From contig CP089275.1 in assembly GCA_023920165.1 (NCBI GenBank), forward strand, positions 3,596,001-3,660,000: a stretch of DNA of 64,000 bases. The letters are read 5' to 3'. The notes under the pieces are model-generated. The model saw nothing but the letters and a program-made list of their open reading frames with translations. It did not search any database and was not told the DNA's origin. Every line of letters begins with the position of its first letter. Within the stretch, counting starts at the first letter, position 1. The position numbers were made by a program, and so were the translations under genes. This document shows, one piece after another, positions 25,567-38,580 of the stretch. Source of the stretch: Curvularia clavata. Lineage: Eukaryota.

Positions 25567-27499
25567 ACGCATAGTAGCAGCTTTTTTTTTTTCGGAAAAC
25601 GTACTATTAAGCATGGGAACCGGCGTTATTGCATGATTTAGATGTATATACGAACTAGCAGAACTTGATGATAAAGTTTTACACTCCCCTGGTACTGCTT
25701 CCAATCTAGATGTCGTACGCAGCAGCAAGTCCATCGCATGCTATTAGCCTGACGTGAACGATTGGTCTCGTGCTTATTGCAGAGAATACTTCACTGGTGT
25801 GTAATCATGTAAATTACAAGCGGCGAGGAAACGCCTTGTTGAGAAGGTCGCTTGGCTAAATCGTGCGACCTACCAAGTAGACTGGCTATTAGGAAGTACG
25901 AGACATCGAAGACGCGACTGACAGAGATCATTAGCATTGCCTTGCGCTTGTAGCCATAACCACTTTCTCTGCACTGGTAAACAATGATTCAAAACATGTC
26001 AGTCAAGGTAAGGAAAAAGACTGGATTGTGAATTCATTGTTGTGAAATTGCCCTATATTCATATTGTTTCCTCCTGTATATCTATCCTTACATCCTTAGA
26101 ACCTTCCCTTTTAACTCAACTGTCGTTGGCTAGCTGCTCTCAACAGCTGTAGGCGGTAGATCAGGTCTCATAGGAGCATCCATATTTCAACTTTGACTTC
26201 TGCGGTGAGTGCTACTAGGGCACTGCACGCACTGTCGATGCATTAAGTGCCGGCTTTAAGCCTACCAATATCTGTCCAACTTTGAGTAAGCAAACAGGTC
26301 CTGTTCGCTCCTTCGGCTAGGATTAGCCTGGGTGGCCTCGTCGCACGGAATTGGAGAGCTGATGCTGTTATCGTCGTAGCGGTATTGAAACTGTGTTAGA
26401 ATGATGTGTCAATATGTTGGCGCATTAAACGAAGGATGAGTTGCGATGATAAGCTAGTGGGCTTTCAGTATCTAGTCTCCCGAAGCTGTGCGAGCCTCGA
26501 CTGAATTGCCTTTAGTATTGACTTCCAAACAAGTAAGCGCAAGATTAAGTGGGTGAAGCAGCGGGCAGGCACAGGGGCTTTACCCAAATAATCAAGTAAG
26601 CAGTGATGGTGCCGCACCACGATACAACTCACCTTCTTGGTTGTATGTAACAAAAATATCTTCTTATATTTTCTTTGAGCTCATTAGGTTAATTTCGTTC
26701 GGTGCCCTAACCAGCAAACCTCAATCCAGTCGGTACTCTTGAGGGTTTGTGGAATGTATGCGATCATGTCTGCCGCTCATATAGTCCAGTGGGGATATAT
26801 AACTTTGAAATTGTAGTTGAAAATGATAGTTGTTTCCAAGAAGATTGGTCTGACGATTGCGCGGTCGAAATATCTATTATAAGTTGTGGCAGATGCAGCG
26901 AATTTTGGCAAATACAATGACTTACCTCCGTTTTTTTGTTCCTCACCTTCTTCTCTTCCCTACCCGTCCATCTCTTTCGCTCGCTGCAACCAGCACAATC
27001 ACTGGGTAGGAGGTTGAGTGGTGTTCTTACTGCGACTTTGGCTTGACAGGAAGTCACTGCTGCAGCTAGAGAAACACCGCCAATATGAGTATGGGGCAAA
27101 TGCATAAATTTCAGTACTGTGTTTAGAAACCGCATAATTAGAAATGCTTTACGTTGATAACCTACGGTCGATTTTGGTCACAATCCTCTCTTATGGCCGG
27201 TTGACTTTACCAGTTAATTGGTCATCCCAAGACCCGTTTGCACCTTCTCCGCCTGTTTGTCACCTTGCCAGCCTGCGCTCGAGCCACGACTGATGTCACC
27301 AGCACGCTGCTGGTTAGTATCAAGAGTACCTGTCTGCTCCCCTCTCCCGGCACTCAACCACACTTCTCCTTCTCCAGAGGCACAACCGCATAAAGGCTTC
27401 ATATGTTATTGTTACGATACCGCTGGGGCTGGGAAACACGCCCGAAAAATGATAGACGTACTTTCAGCATCCCTTTTACTTGTTTTGGTATGCGCTAAC

Positions 27500-28150
27500 A
27501 GTGCATCTAGCTGTGGAAACAATCTCTGCACTGAATGCCGCAAGAACGCAGAGGCCGCTCCGTCTACCAATCCCCAACGCATATGCCAGTCGTGAGGTTT
27601 CCTTTGCCTTTGCCTTCATGTGTTTATTCTCATGCTAACACCTAATAGTAGCTGTTTGATGGCCATAGACGGTGTATGCGATGAGCTGTTCCTCCTCCGC
27701 TCGTACCACTATGAGCATAACCTACACAACCTCAGCGACGACAACAAGTGGATCAATCCCTACAACACCGGTACTGTCAAGATGAAAATCTGGCAAGCAG
27801 CCAGATCGACGTCAGCCGCTCGTGCTTCCCTGTCTTAATCAAATGCTTGGGCGCGATTGGCAACATATCCTCTATGGGTTTGTCACCACCATGGCCAATC
27901 TGTTCGGAGATGTGCTCACAGAAACCATGTCTGACAAACGTAAGTTTTCTGAGCATGTTCAAGGACGTGTCAAGTGGGATGCTTGTTCTATGTTGTAGTT
28001 TGGAACTCGCAACTGAAACCAAATCCGGCACCACTTGACAAGTCGCGAGACGAAGCGCAGAAACTAGCACAAACTGATTCCCTTTGGGTCAGGCTCTGTG
28101 TCAATGTTGTATATCGCATTTCAAATTTTGCCATTGGAGCTTCTCAAGGC
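27500..28150 (+). pseudogene. Patatin-like phospholipase remnant
   Basis: DELFLLRSYHY...KWINPYNTG...KIWQAARSTSAA resembles the patatin LFRSY...IWQAARATSAAP block. It is followed at once by a stop and frameshifts, with ML*FGTR at the expected SxGTG position. Boundaries approximate. Confidence 0.65.
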
Positions 28151-28893
28151 TACTACGGCTGTTCACCACCTGAGTGTCCCTGAATGGTGGCATTTTCTCG
28201 ATGGGAGAAGATGAAGAAGGCGCCTGGGAAGTGCAGGTGGAAGGAGAGGATCAAGGGAGCTGTACGAGAGCGGTCTTCACGACCTGATATAATTCTAATA
28301 AAAGAGCCGAAGCATCTCTTGATAAGGCTGGCAAGCATTTTGTATCGTTAAGCAGATTGTATATAGCACTTTCGAAGAAACGAAGAAAACCTTCCATCTA
28401 ATATCTCTGCAGTGCCTGAAGTCTACCAAACATCAAGTGAGGAAGTTACCACGTGAAACACACTTCTCCCTCAAAACAAGGTTGCCGAAAAGGTACTTTG
28501 TCATGCATAGAAAATGCAGGCTCACTGAGCGATTACAACTACCTTTGAACATATCTGGATTTGCGTAAAAGACATTTGGAAAGAGACTATGCGTACATAA
28601 AGTGACGCACTTTCAACGAATTTCTCCAGAACACTCTTCACCAGCCTTGAGAGAAATGCTGAAAAAGATACAGCTAACTGTTGGAAAACATCGACATAAA
28701 GTCCACTTTCACTTCAACTACCTACACTCGAAGGTCTAAGCTAGACTGAACAGAGAGCACCTTGACTACATCTGAGTAAGACATCAGAATCACGCATCCA
28801 GGAAACAAAAGTCGCAAGTAAAAGAAAAAACGAAAATCCAGTTCTATCGCCTGCCATCTATCTACAAAACGCCTCCCTCTCTCCCTTTTCCCT

Positions 28894-31105
28894 TTACCTC
28901 GGCCCTCCCCCAGAACCTTCCACCCCATCCCCCGCTTCACCTAACTGTGGTCCTCTCGCGCCATCCTCACTCCGCCCACTAATCCCCTTCCAAAGCTCAT
29001 TCAGCGTGCCACTCAGACTCCTGCCTCTCCCCGTCTTAGCACTCTCCTCCCCAATCTGACTGTCCCTCGTCTGCCGCCTACTTAACGGCTCACTTGTCGT
29101 CCCCAACATACCATCATCTTCCGCGCCCAGACCAAGCACACTCGCACGTCTCCGCACCGCATCCTCCGTCTCGCGATACCGTATGCTGCCTCCACGCTTG
29201 AGATCCTGGACCATGGTGCTCAGGCTCGTGCTAAGAGGGGACGCGAGAAGCGGGCCCGCGATACTATTCCTCGCGGTTGGGGCGCGCTCCGTGGTGCGGA
29301 GGCGGCGGAGCTGCGAGCCAGGGGTGGTGGGGACTTCGGTTTGGGATTTACCGCGTGTAGGGGTCCACGGGAGATCAGGATCGGAGGTTGAGGCTATAGG
29401 GGCGGGTGCGACTTCAGAAGGGAGAACGGGGGTTGAGGTGTGCCGGTTTAGAGGCGGGGTGCTGGGGTCTGGGTCGTTGGGTTGCGTCCAGGGGTTTGCG
29501 ACGAGCGAGGACATGATGTCGGCGGAGGCGGAGCGGGTGGCCTGTGGTGGGGTCACGGGGTCGTCGGGGATGAGTCTGATTGTGGGTGTTGAGGGTCGCG
29601 AGTCGTCATCACGGTAACGAGCGGTGATGTTGATGGGTGGGGAGAGTGGACGTGTTCTCGATGAGTGTCGTGTGCTCCTAGACACCTCGTCTGTTTCGTC
29701 CACATCGTCGGTATACCGCTCGCCGTCCAGATACATAGCATGTTCGGGCTCGTGCTCATGGTCATCCTCATTATGCTGTGGAGGCCGTCCGCTTGTGATC
29801 AACCAAACACCAAAGAAGGTCAAAGCGCAACCCCCTATAAACTTTCCTGCATCTCCCGCTGACGTCCTCTCAAAGTCTCGGTAGAGAACTGCAGATCCAC
29901 CGATAACCGACAAGGTGAAAAGAACAAACTGAACGGGAATGACCTGAGTGGCATCGAAGCGCTGGAGCGCACGGTTGACGTACTTGATCTGCATGATTGC
30001 AGTACCGACGAGGATGGCAACCAGAAGGTAGAACACAGGAAAGGTGATGGCACGCCACAGGGTATATGAAAGCAGCGATGCGACACCTTTTGTCGAGAGG
30101 GCTGTGTATCCACCTAGAAACGGAGTCAGTCAACGACTATCGAAATGACCAAAACGACATACCAAACAACCCCACAAGCCCCAAATCAATCAGTATGTTC
30201 TTCTCTCCATACCGATTACTAGCAATCATCAACAGGACAATCACCCCAACCGTGATGCCAAGATACGTCTCAAACTCCCATCTTCTAATCAGATCCCAGA
30301 TCTCGCCGGGACCCAGCTTCGGGTTATTATCGTTGGCTGAGAGCACGACAGTCACGGCACCCCCGACTGCGATGATGACGCCAAGCGCGTCCCGCTTGCG
30401 AAACGGCTCCTTGAGCATAAAAGGCGCAATGATGCAGTTTGATATGAGCGCCACAACGCCCAGCGGCGACACAATGGACGCCGGCGCAAATCCATATGCA
30501 AGAAAGTTGCCAGCCTCTCCAACCGTCATTAGAATTATACCGAGCCACCAGTAGGGCGACTTGAGATATGATTTTTGCTTGTACGCGCCCTCCTCTGGTG
30601 TCGATGTCGATCCCGTGCTGTCGTCGCGCTCAACGCCAGGCCTAGTCTCCGACGGCGATTGGGTTATCAGTGGATCCGACTCGGTCGCCTCGAAGATATT
30701 CGCATCGGGTTCGTGTCTCTGCTCAGGCGCACCGTTGGCATGTTGATCTTTGCCTCTCCCGCCAAACTTTGTCACCTCTTCGTTCAGTCTGTTCAAGCTC
30801 AGGCTGGATGCGTTCCTCTTCTTGCGCTGCCGCTCCTTGGCCTGCCACTCTCTGTCCAACCGAATATGCGCGTACCGCTGCATATTGAGCGCGAAGGATA
30901 TAAGCACATTTCCTATTATCGCGGTAATAATGCCTATAAGACTGCTCCAGTTCTCCGGATATCTGATGCCTCCGCCGCCGCCGCCTTCGCTCCCATCCGT
31001 CTCTTTTGAAAACCACGATAGGCCATTGAAGGGTATTATGCTCGATGCGTATGCCGGTACAGGTGTCGCTGAGCCAGCAGTGACGTAGCTGGGGGGTATA
31101 TGCAT
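28894..31105 (-). CDS. NIPA-family (DUF803) magnesium transporter-like membrane protein (intron 30162-30114)
   Basis: IGIITAIIGNVLISFALNMQRYAH, SYLKSPYWWLG, GEAGNFLAYGFAPASIVSPLG, spliced GLFG|GYTALSTK, NRALQRFDATQVIP. First ATG is at 31105. Confidence 0.92.
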
Positions 31106-31785
31106 CGCGTCGGTAGAGTCGGGGGTTGCCCAAAGCAAGAGAACGCGGATCGAGAGGGACCAGCCGAGCGAGCAGCCGGCCGTGGGGTCGCAGGCCGTAT
31201 GCTGTAGAGCGTGGGGAAGGAGCGCGTTCAAATATTATACCGGTTACATGGACATATGATACAAGGTGACATGATGTTTCCGGCCCGAATGTTGGCGGTC
31301 GTCTGCATTTGCTTTGGTGCCGCCGTATCCCGCAAGGGTCTTGGGTAGATCTTTCACATGACGAAGCTGCGGTCCGAGCTCCCAGATGCGCCATATCTTG
31401 TGCGCTAGCGGTCACCGTGCATGTCCGCGTCGTGGCTAGCGCTGACAGCAAAACATTATGCTCTTTACGATAGGGTGTGCCAGTCCAAGGAACGGATGGC
31501 TTTTGTTCCTCTTCCGAGAGCGCCTCAGCCGGCTGCCGAACCTTAGATATCGAGGTCTTCAAACTCAGGAGACAAGAGACATGTACTCTGTTCAGACAGA
31601 TTCAAACTACATAATATGATACACAAAATCGAGCAAAACGAGCTCTTGTTTCCGCATAATTCGCGCTTTACGCGCCATCGCGTGCTGGTCATGTTGATTA
31701 CCCCCCAATACGCCGTTGTGAATGTAGATGCTTTCACCCGCATGCTTTTGCTAATCGCCCATATCGTACTCTGATCCTCCTTGCT

Positions 31786-34709
31786 CTAGGCAGCTTCCAT
31801 CTGCACGTCGCCGTTGGCCGTCTCCGCGACACCGTTGCCGTCCTGCTCCAAGCTCTCGGGAACGGGTTCAGGTTGAGACGCAAGAAGCTTGATCCTCGCC
31901 TCTACGGCCTCCTCGCCAACGATGGACTCTTCGACCTGAGCTTTGCGGATGAAGACAGTATGCCAGCGCTTGCCCCAGGCCTTAATCAGCTCAACCTCCT
32001 CCTCTGTTAACGCGCCGTTGGTGGACTTCTCAATCATCGTATCCGCAGAACCTTCGGCAACGCCGCGCGTAGAGTCTTCGATGTACTTGAACAACTCTCG
32101 GGCGTTGTGCCTGTCCTTGGCTAGCGTAGCTTCGACCATCTCCATCTGTTCTTGTGGAAGGTTCTTCTCGAGGCGGGCAGACGCAATCTGGCGGTTGCGG
32201 TTGGTGACCTTGGCGACTGTGTTGGACACCATCTCGAAAACCCAGCTTTCGGTCAAGGCCTCGCCAGCACCCATGTGGCTGCCAAAAACCCATTGCACAA
32301 CCGTCATAGGCGCAAGGATGTTGTAGTTGATCAGGATATCGATGATGCGAACAGCGACACCAGGCTGGTCCTTCCAGTACTCAACCACACTTGCGACAAT
32401 CTGGCGGCGTGCGGTCTCGTTTTGCGAGATTTCCAGAAGGCGGTCCTTGCCTCGCTCAATGCAAGACAGGACGTGAGACAGAGATTTGGCACCCAAACGG
32501 CAGATGGCGGTTACAAAGGCATCAGTTGAAGGCACGAGCACTTCTGCAACGCCTTGTGCAAGAGCCTTCTCATGGATACTGTCAATTGTGACTTGTATCT
32601 CCTCTGGTGTGGCCTTCTTCCTCAGATGGTTAAGCAAAGCCTGACCTTCATCAGAATAGGGGGTTTCTAAGTAACATTAGTCAAGTTCACATTCATGTGT
32701 AGTAGATACATACCCTTGTTGTCATATTTGAAGTCAGGACTGTTGTCAGCATCAAGGCGCTCGGGAATCAGGGAGTGCATCGGCTCTGGTAGGGTCGAAC
32801 GGATGCGCTTCGCAAACGACAACCTGATCTCTTTGTCCAAAGTAGCAAGAATGAACGCCTTTTTCGGATGCAGATTTGAAAGCTCCAGGTCATCGAGCCT
32901 GCGATGTTGTTAGCAACCTCTCTTCCTTGAGTGGTTCTAGACTTACCATTCAGTCCATCTCCATCTGAACTCAAAGTTGCTGAGATGATGAGAGAACCAG
33001 TCCAGGAATCGGTATCCAAGCTCAAGATCCATCATAGGCAGGTTCTTGTACACGGTACGGATAGCCCTACCAAGTGATGGTGCAATAGCCGCAGGCGCGA
33101 TCTTGCAGCACTGAGTGATAAGAGAGTGGTAGTAGACAAGCTTGTGCTCAGCGCTGGGTAGCTTGAACAGTTGCGAGAAGATGGCATCGATAATCATGTC
33201 TTCAGACTTGTACTGGATCCTGTCACCGACCAGCTCCCGGAATTTATCAAAAGGCGTGCCACGCTTGGCAAATATATCGACAGACCAGTAGCAGTCCACA
33301 TCGACAAGGAACTTGGCAACCATTTCACGGTTGAAGTCGAGTTGGTTGATGGTGTCAACGATGGCATCGCGTACAAGCGAGGATGCAATATCAGTCGTCT
33401 TGGGCACCGTGTCAATTTCCTGGTTGGCGAAGAGGGAGAAATAGGCCTCGGGAAAGACGGGTCGAGGTCCTGGGTTAACGGGAGAGGGTATGGTGAATGA
33501 GGGGAACGCGTGAGTCTGAGGAGCGGTTGGTAGAGCGTCTTCTTCCTTGGCATTCATGATGCGCAGAGCCTCGGGGTCAATGCGTGGAATGCACCTGAGC
33601 TCGAAGCCAGATTCTGCTTCGGCTGAAAGTTGCGCCTGGAGGAGGCCAATGACGCTGTTGTAGCTGACCGGCTTCGACTCAAAATCGCCAACGTAGGAGT
33701 GGATAAAACTCTCAATAGGAACCGTGTTGCTGGCCACGATACCAGTGTTGGTGAGCAGCTCCCGTGCCTGTGCATGGAAGCGTTCTCCTCCAGCAACAAG
33801 TGCGTAAGGGATGGTGAGGAGGATGATCTTGACAAGCTCGATACCGACAACCTGGGCATGTTAGCATTGGGAAGAGTTGTGTGTTCTGGGCCACCTACGT
33901 CGTTCTCGGTGGCACTCTGCAGATCAACCACTGTATCAAACAACTGGCCGAGGAAGGTAAAAATGCCGTCACCTTCGTAGAGCGATTGTAGACAAGCAAA
34001 GAACCTCAAAAGCAGCTTGAACTCTTTCCACTCTCCGGCGTTGAGCGCCTCTTGTGCTCTGTCTGAAACGCGCTTCATGGCTTCGGTTGTGATCTCTGGC
34101 TTGACATCGTTCGCATAGTAGGCGACGGCTGCTACAAATGGGATTTTGAAAGGCTGTTCAATGATACTACAACGTGTCAGTGGAGTTGCGAACGCAAACC
34201 ATGGGCATGCTTACAGCTGGACCATGACATCGAAAAAGTCTGAGCGGAGACGCTCGTCGTCAAAGCGCTCGCCAAAGTACTTTGCGATTTCAATGGCTTC
34301 ATCTTGTGGTAGCTTGGTGGAGCTGGCAATGTTGAGGAGCAACCTGCGCAGCTTTGGAAAAGCTGGCTCTTCATATCGGCGGCGGGGGCCATCGTCGTAA
34401 CGACGACGCTGGTTACCCCGTCGGTCGTCGCCGCGGTAGTAGTTGTCGTCGTCATCTACACAATCAGATCAGTACTGTCAAGTAAAGACGATGAAGCATT
34501 TGCACGACTCGATCCAGCCTAATGGGATCAACGGCAGAAACACGTAAAACAGTAGGCTCAGTAAGCCTATGTAGAAGCTGTCCATGTTTGCCAGCCAAGT
34601 AAAATGTAAACCTACCATCACGACGGCGCTTGTTGCCTCGATAGCCACCGCGGTCGCGTCTGTCCTCGCGCCTGTCGTCGCGCTCCTCCTTGATATCAAT
34701 GTCCGCCAT
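31786..34709 (-). CDS. STO1: Nuclear cap-binding complex large subunit CBP80 (MIF4G repeats), about 5 introns
   Basis: EQPFKIPFVAA, EWKEFKLLLRFF, YYHSLITQCCKIAPAAIAPSLGRAIR, FLDWFSHHLSNFEFRWRWTEW, LGAKSLSHVLSCIER. Confidence 0.93.
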
Positions 34710-36208
34710 GGCTGTGCCAAACTTCGATTGGGCCGTTTGCTTGACTGTCTCCGGTGAGTTTACTGTGTCGCGACACCCTCAAAGTACGGGTAGCGCGTCG
34801 GTCGCGGTCGCGGTCGTCGTATGCGGGATTATGTGGAGCGTAGCAGTCACGTTTGGAGTACGCAGAGTCGTGTGTCACGGTAGCCAGCGACTCGTGAGTG
34901 ATGTTTGGGGATGGGTCGCGAAAGTGGACAGTCGAGGTTGCTGCACGGAAGCCGTTCTGGAGCTTGTGGTCCGAACGGGTTAGCGCCGCTCGAGCTCTTG
35001 TCTTGGCGCCCCGCCCATGCATCTTCGACGTCAACGCACATGGAATGCCGTCGGGTGACCAAACTGCCGACGACTGGGTATTGAAAGTACGCACCTGGTT
35101 CTGCGAGTAATTGGTGTCTGCACGATGATGCGTGTAGTTGTTTTCGGAAGCAGGCTCGGTTTGCCCAGTGTTGATCCTTAAGTCGATGGTCCTATCGAAT
35201 TATGATGATGATGAACGTTGTATTCAGCGCTTATATGTTGAGATATCAGGTTGAACGGAAAGACACCGCTAATTTGGCACGACAGTCCTGGGCCTTACTT
35301 TACTTTGTCAATTATCATTCGGATAAGTTCAAGAATCAGGAACGAGGCCGAGGCGATATTCAATCAGCTTCCCTGACAAACTTGGAGAGACAATATCTTC
35401 TATCCGCACGTAAAAGTCGAACATCACAAGTAAGACAATCCACACAAAGTACATAAAGGAACTTGTATCCATTTAGGGGGTATGTGCAAAGGCGGGTAAA
35501 ACAGCAGGGTAACCGTTGCCATGTGAGCACGCGCTACATGGCAAACATGCAATCCTTTGCTCTAGTAGTATTCCAGTGCTGGTGCCGAGTTCGCCAGTCC
35601 AGATGCTCGCAGCGCAAGGCCATTTTCCACATAGAGTCGCCATTCCGATGGAGCAGAATAAAACCGTCCAAATTGTGAAATGAGCCTCAGCGCCCGGCTT
35701 GCAGCCCATTGAATAGATCTTGAATAACAAAGAAAGAAGAAAACTCCCGCATGCAAGGCAGGGGACGCATCTGAAGCGCCGGAAATCCGACGAGCGAGAC
35801 CCTTGCTCAGCTTTCCATACTCAGTACATCCCAAATTTTGCTAGGCCCCCATTCCTTTGATTGTGCAACCCTTTTGCGCCCCTTCATCATGTCCATATGC
35901 AACTGAGGATTTACGATCTGCAGTGCCGACCCACCATTATTTCGTGAGAACGAAAAGGCCAGTTAGCCCCGAAAGAAAAGCAAGCCAGTTCATTCTTTGT
36001 AAATGTGAATGTCGGTATCATTTCAGACGCGCGCAGATAAAGCATAAAAAGGGTGCGCTCCTCCTAGTATACACCTGATAAAACCGATGCCCATTCGAGA
36101 CTCCTTTTTGCATCTCTCCGGACGGAATAGCTTTGTGCTCAGGAGCGGAGAGGATCAAAAGTCGCCGCATGAATAAATAGTATCGTTTCGAGTGATGGTG
36201 GGCAGGGT

Positions 36209-37773
36209 TTAATCCAGCCTGGCCATCATCTGCTCCTTGGTTAATGGCTTGAAGCTGGGCGATTCGAAGTCAAGGCCACGGGCAGCCAATGTCGCGCGGT
36301 GGTGCGGTGGTATGAGCTGGCTGTTGAGGTGGGGAGCAATGGAGAGTTCTGCGGGGATTAGCTACTGCGTGGCAAAGCAAGCGGACCGGGCAGGCTGGAC
36401 TCACCATGATGCGTAAAGTTGTACAGCTCTGGAAGGTCGCGTGTGGCACCGTTAGGGTGACGTGAGTCGGGCAGACGGGTGTTTGGATCCCTCAGCTCGT
36501 CAAAGAAGGGGTGAACCATGGCATCGATAGCGGAGAGACGCTGCGTGGGTGTGTATTCGAGCAACTTGGAGATGAGATCGATGGCATTAGGATCGGCCTT
36601 GCGGAAAACCTGAGGCAGTGGTGTGAGTAAGATGTGTCACATGTGCAAGAGCGAGGGGTGTGTGTGTGAAAACCCTGACGTACCTTGCTGAAGGGATGAG
36701 GCTTGATCTGTGGGAACTTGTGCTCCATGTAGTTGGGGTTCATGGTACGGATCTGGTCGCGAGTAGGCGTTCCCAGGACCTTGATGATCTCTACGAGCTG
36801 ATCAATACCCGACTCGCCTGGGAAAAGCGGCTGTCCGAGCATCAGCTCAGCCATGACGCAACCTGTGGACCAGACGTCTAGACGCACAGAATTAGCACGC
36901 ATTTTGTCACGCAGCGGAGCATGTGCACATACCGATTTTGGTGGTGTAGTTTGTGGCTCCGAAAATCAATTCAGGGGCACGGTAGTACCTGGAGCAAATG
37001 TACGACACGTTGGGCTCATTCTCGACCAGAATCTTTGCGCTTCCGAAATCGCACAACTTCAATACACCTGTCGAAGGATCCAGCAACAGGTTCTGGGGCT
37101 TGATGTCCCTATGGCAGATGCCCTGGGAGTGGATGTAGGCGAGCGAGCGGAACAACTGGTAAATGTATAGCTTGACCTCGAGAATGGGCATCACCGTCTT
37201 CATCTTGTTGAAGTAACGTGATGCGCGGTAGACGGTCTCGGGAACAAACTCGAGAACCAGGTTGAGGTAGACTTCGTCCTTCTGTGGCTGGAACGATTAG
37301 CTACACGACAAAGTACAGACAGGGTTTTTGCTTGCAGACACGTACCCGCTCACCGTTGTTGTAAAAGAAGGCTTTGAGCTCAACAATGTTGGGATGTCGG
37401 ACAATGCGCATGATTTGTAGTTCACGGTTCTGTTGAAGTCAGCGATGGATGCGCAGGGGGGACAAAGGCGCGAAACTGACCTTGAAGCGCTTGTCCTGGA
37501 GAACCCGCTTGATGGCCGCATCCTCACCACTGGGAGACAGCTTCGTCTGAAAGACTACACCAAAGGAGCCGTTGCCGACAATTTTACATTGCGTGTAGGC
37601 GAGGTCCTTGTAGTCGCCGGTCAGGCCGTCCTGGACCTTTTCGCGGATAACTTCTGCATGGGCGTGAGCATGTTGGGATGAGAAGGGGGGCCCAATTGGG
37701 CTAGGGGGAGGCGTGGACAAGACTTACCACCCATTCTTAGTGAGGAAAAGGCCGATGGCCGGTTCTGGCTCAT
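36209..37773 (-). CDS. GSK3: Glycogen synthase kinase-3 (multi-intron)
   Basis: [72 protein letters not shown]-terminus EQMMARLD*. Confidence 0.96.
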
Positions 37774-38550
37774 TGTTTGGTGTTATGCGTAGGGGAGAGG
37801 GGTCCGCAAGCGCTGCGCGGATTGCTATCGGGAGTGGGGCGGGCTGTAGCTGAGCAGGGTGTGGCAGGGTTTCCGAGGCGTGTGGGGGAGAGCCGTAGTG
37901 GATGGGAAAAGGGATGGCGGTGGAGTCGAGGTTGACGGGCGAAGGGGTAGCAGCGTTGGTGATGGTGTTTGTAGGCGCGAGAGTCGAGTGTCAAGAGGCG
38001 TGGTCCCGCGTGCCGTCTGTGCAGTACCAGGTGACGCTGGTGTGGCTGACGGAGCTAGTGAACAGGGAAGGCGCAGATGGTGGCCGGAGCAACGATGCTC
38101 AGACACGGAGGGCAGCAGGTGGGTTGAGGAGAGGAGAGAGAGCAGAGGGAGAATTGAGGCGAGGATATGCAGCTTGTGAAAGAGCGAGGAAAGGCGACGA
38201 TGGGGTTGAGTGACGGCAGTGCTGGGGATTAAGGGCGGGGCACTGCTAGTGCGAAATTGGGTGCCAACGTGATCAAAAGGCCTGCAATTCACGTACTTGT
38301 CAGCGCGCAGACCAGTAGCAGAGCGGCTGGGTCCAAGGGAACCATACAGTAGTGAGCCAGTCTGGTGCAGGAAATATGGACCTGCAGGAGCGAGGCGGGC
38401 GCTGCAGACGATGGGAGGGCCGGGTGGGGAGAGAGTCAGTACACGAGGCTGCAGTGTGCAGGGCCGGACGATGGGTAGCACAAGCAGAAGAAGCGATGGG
38501 ACGCAATATTGAATGAGAAGGCGAAGAGGCGGAGCGGAGCAAAGCAGAGC

Positions 38551-38580
38551 AGGGCAGGGCAGGGCAGGGCAGGGCAGGGC
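38551..38580 (+). repeat. (AGGGC)6 pentanucleotide microsatellite, with (CA)n/(CACAG)n tracts at ~38700-38765
   Basis: Six perfect AGGGC units read directly from the sequence. Confidence 0.9.
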
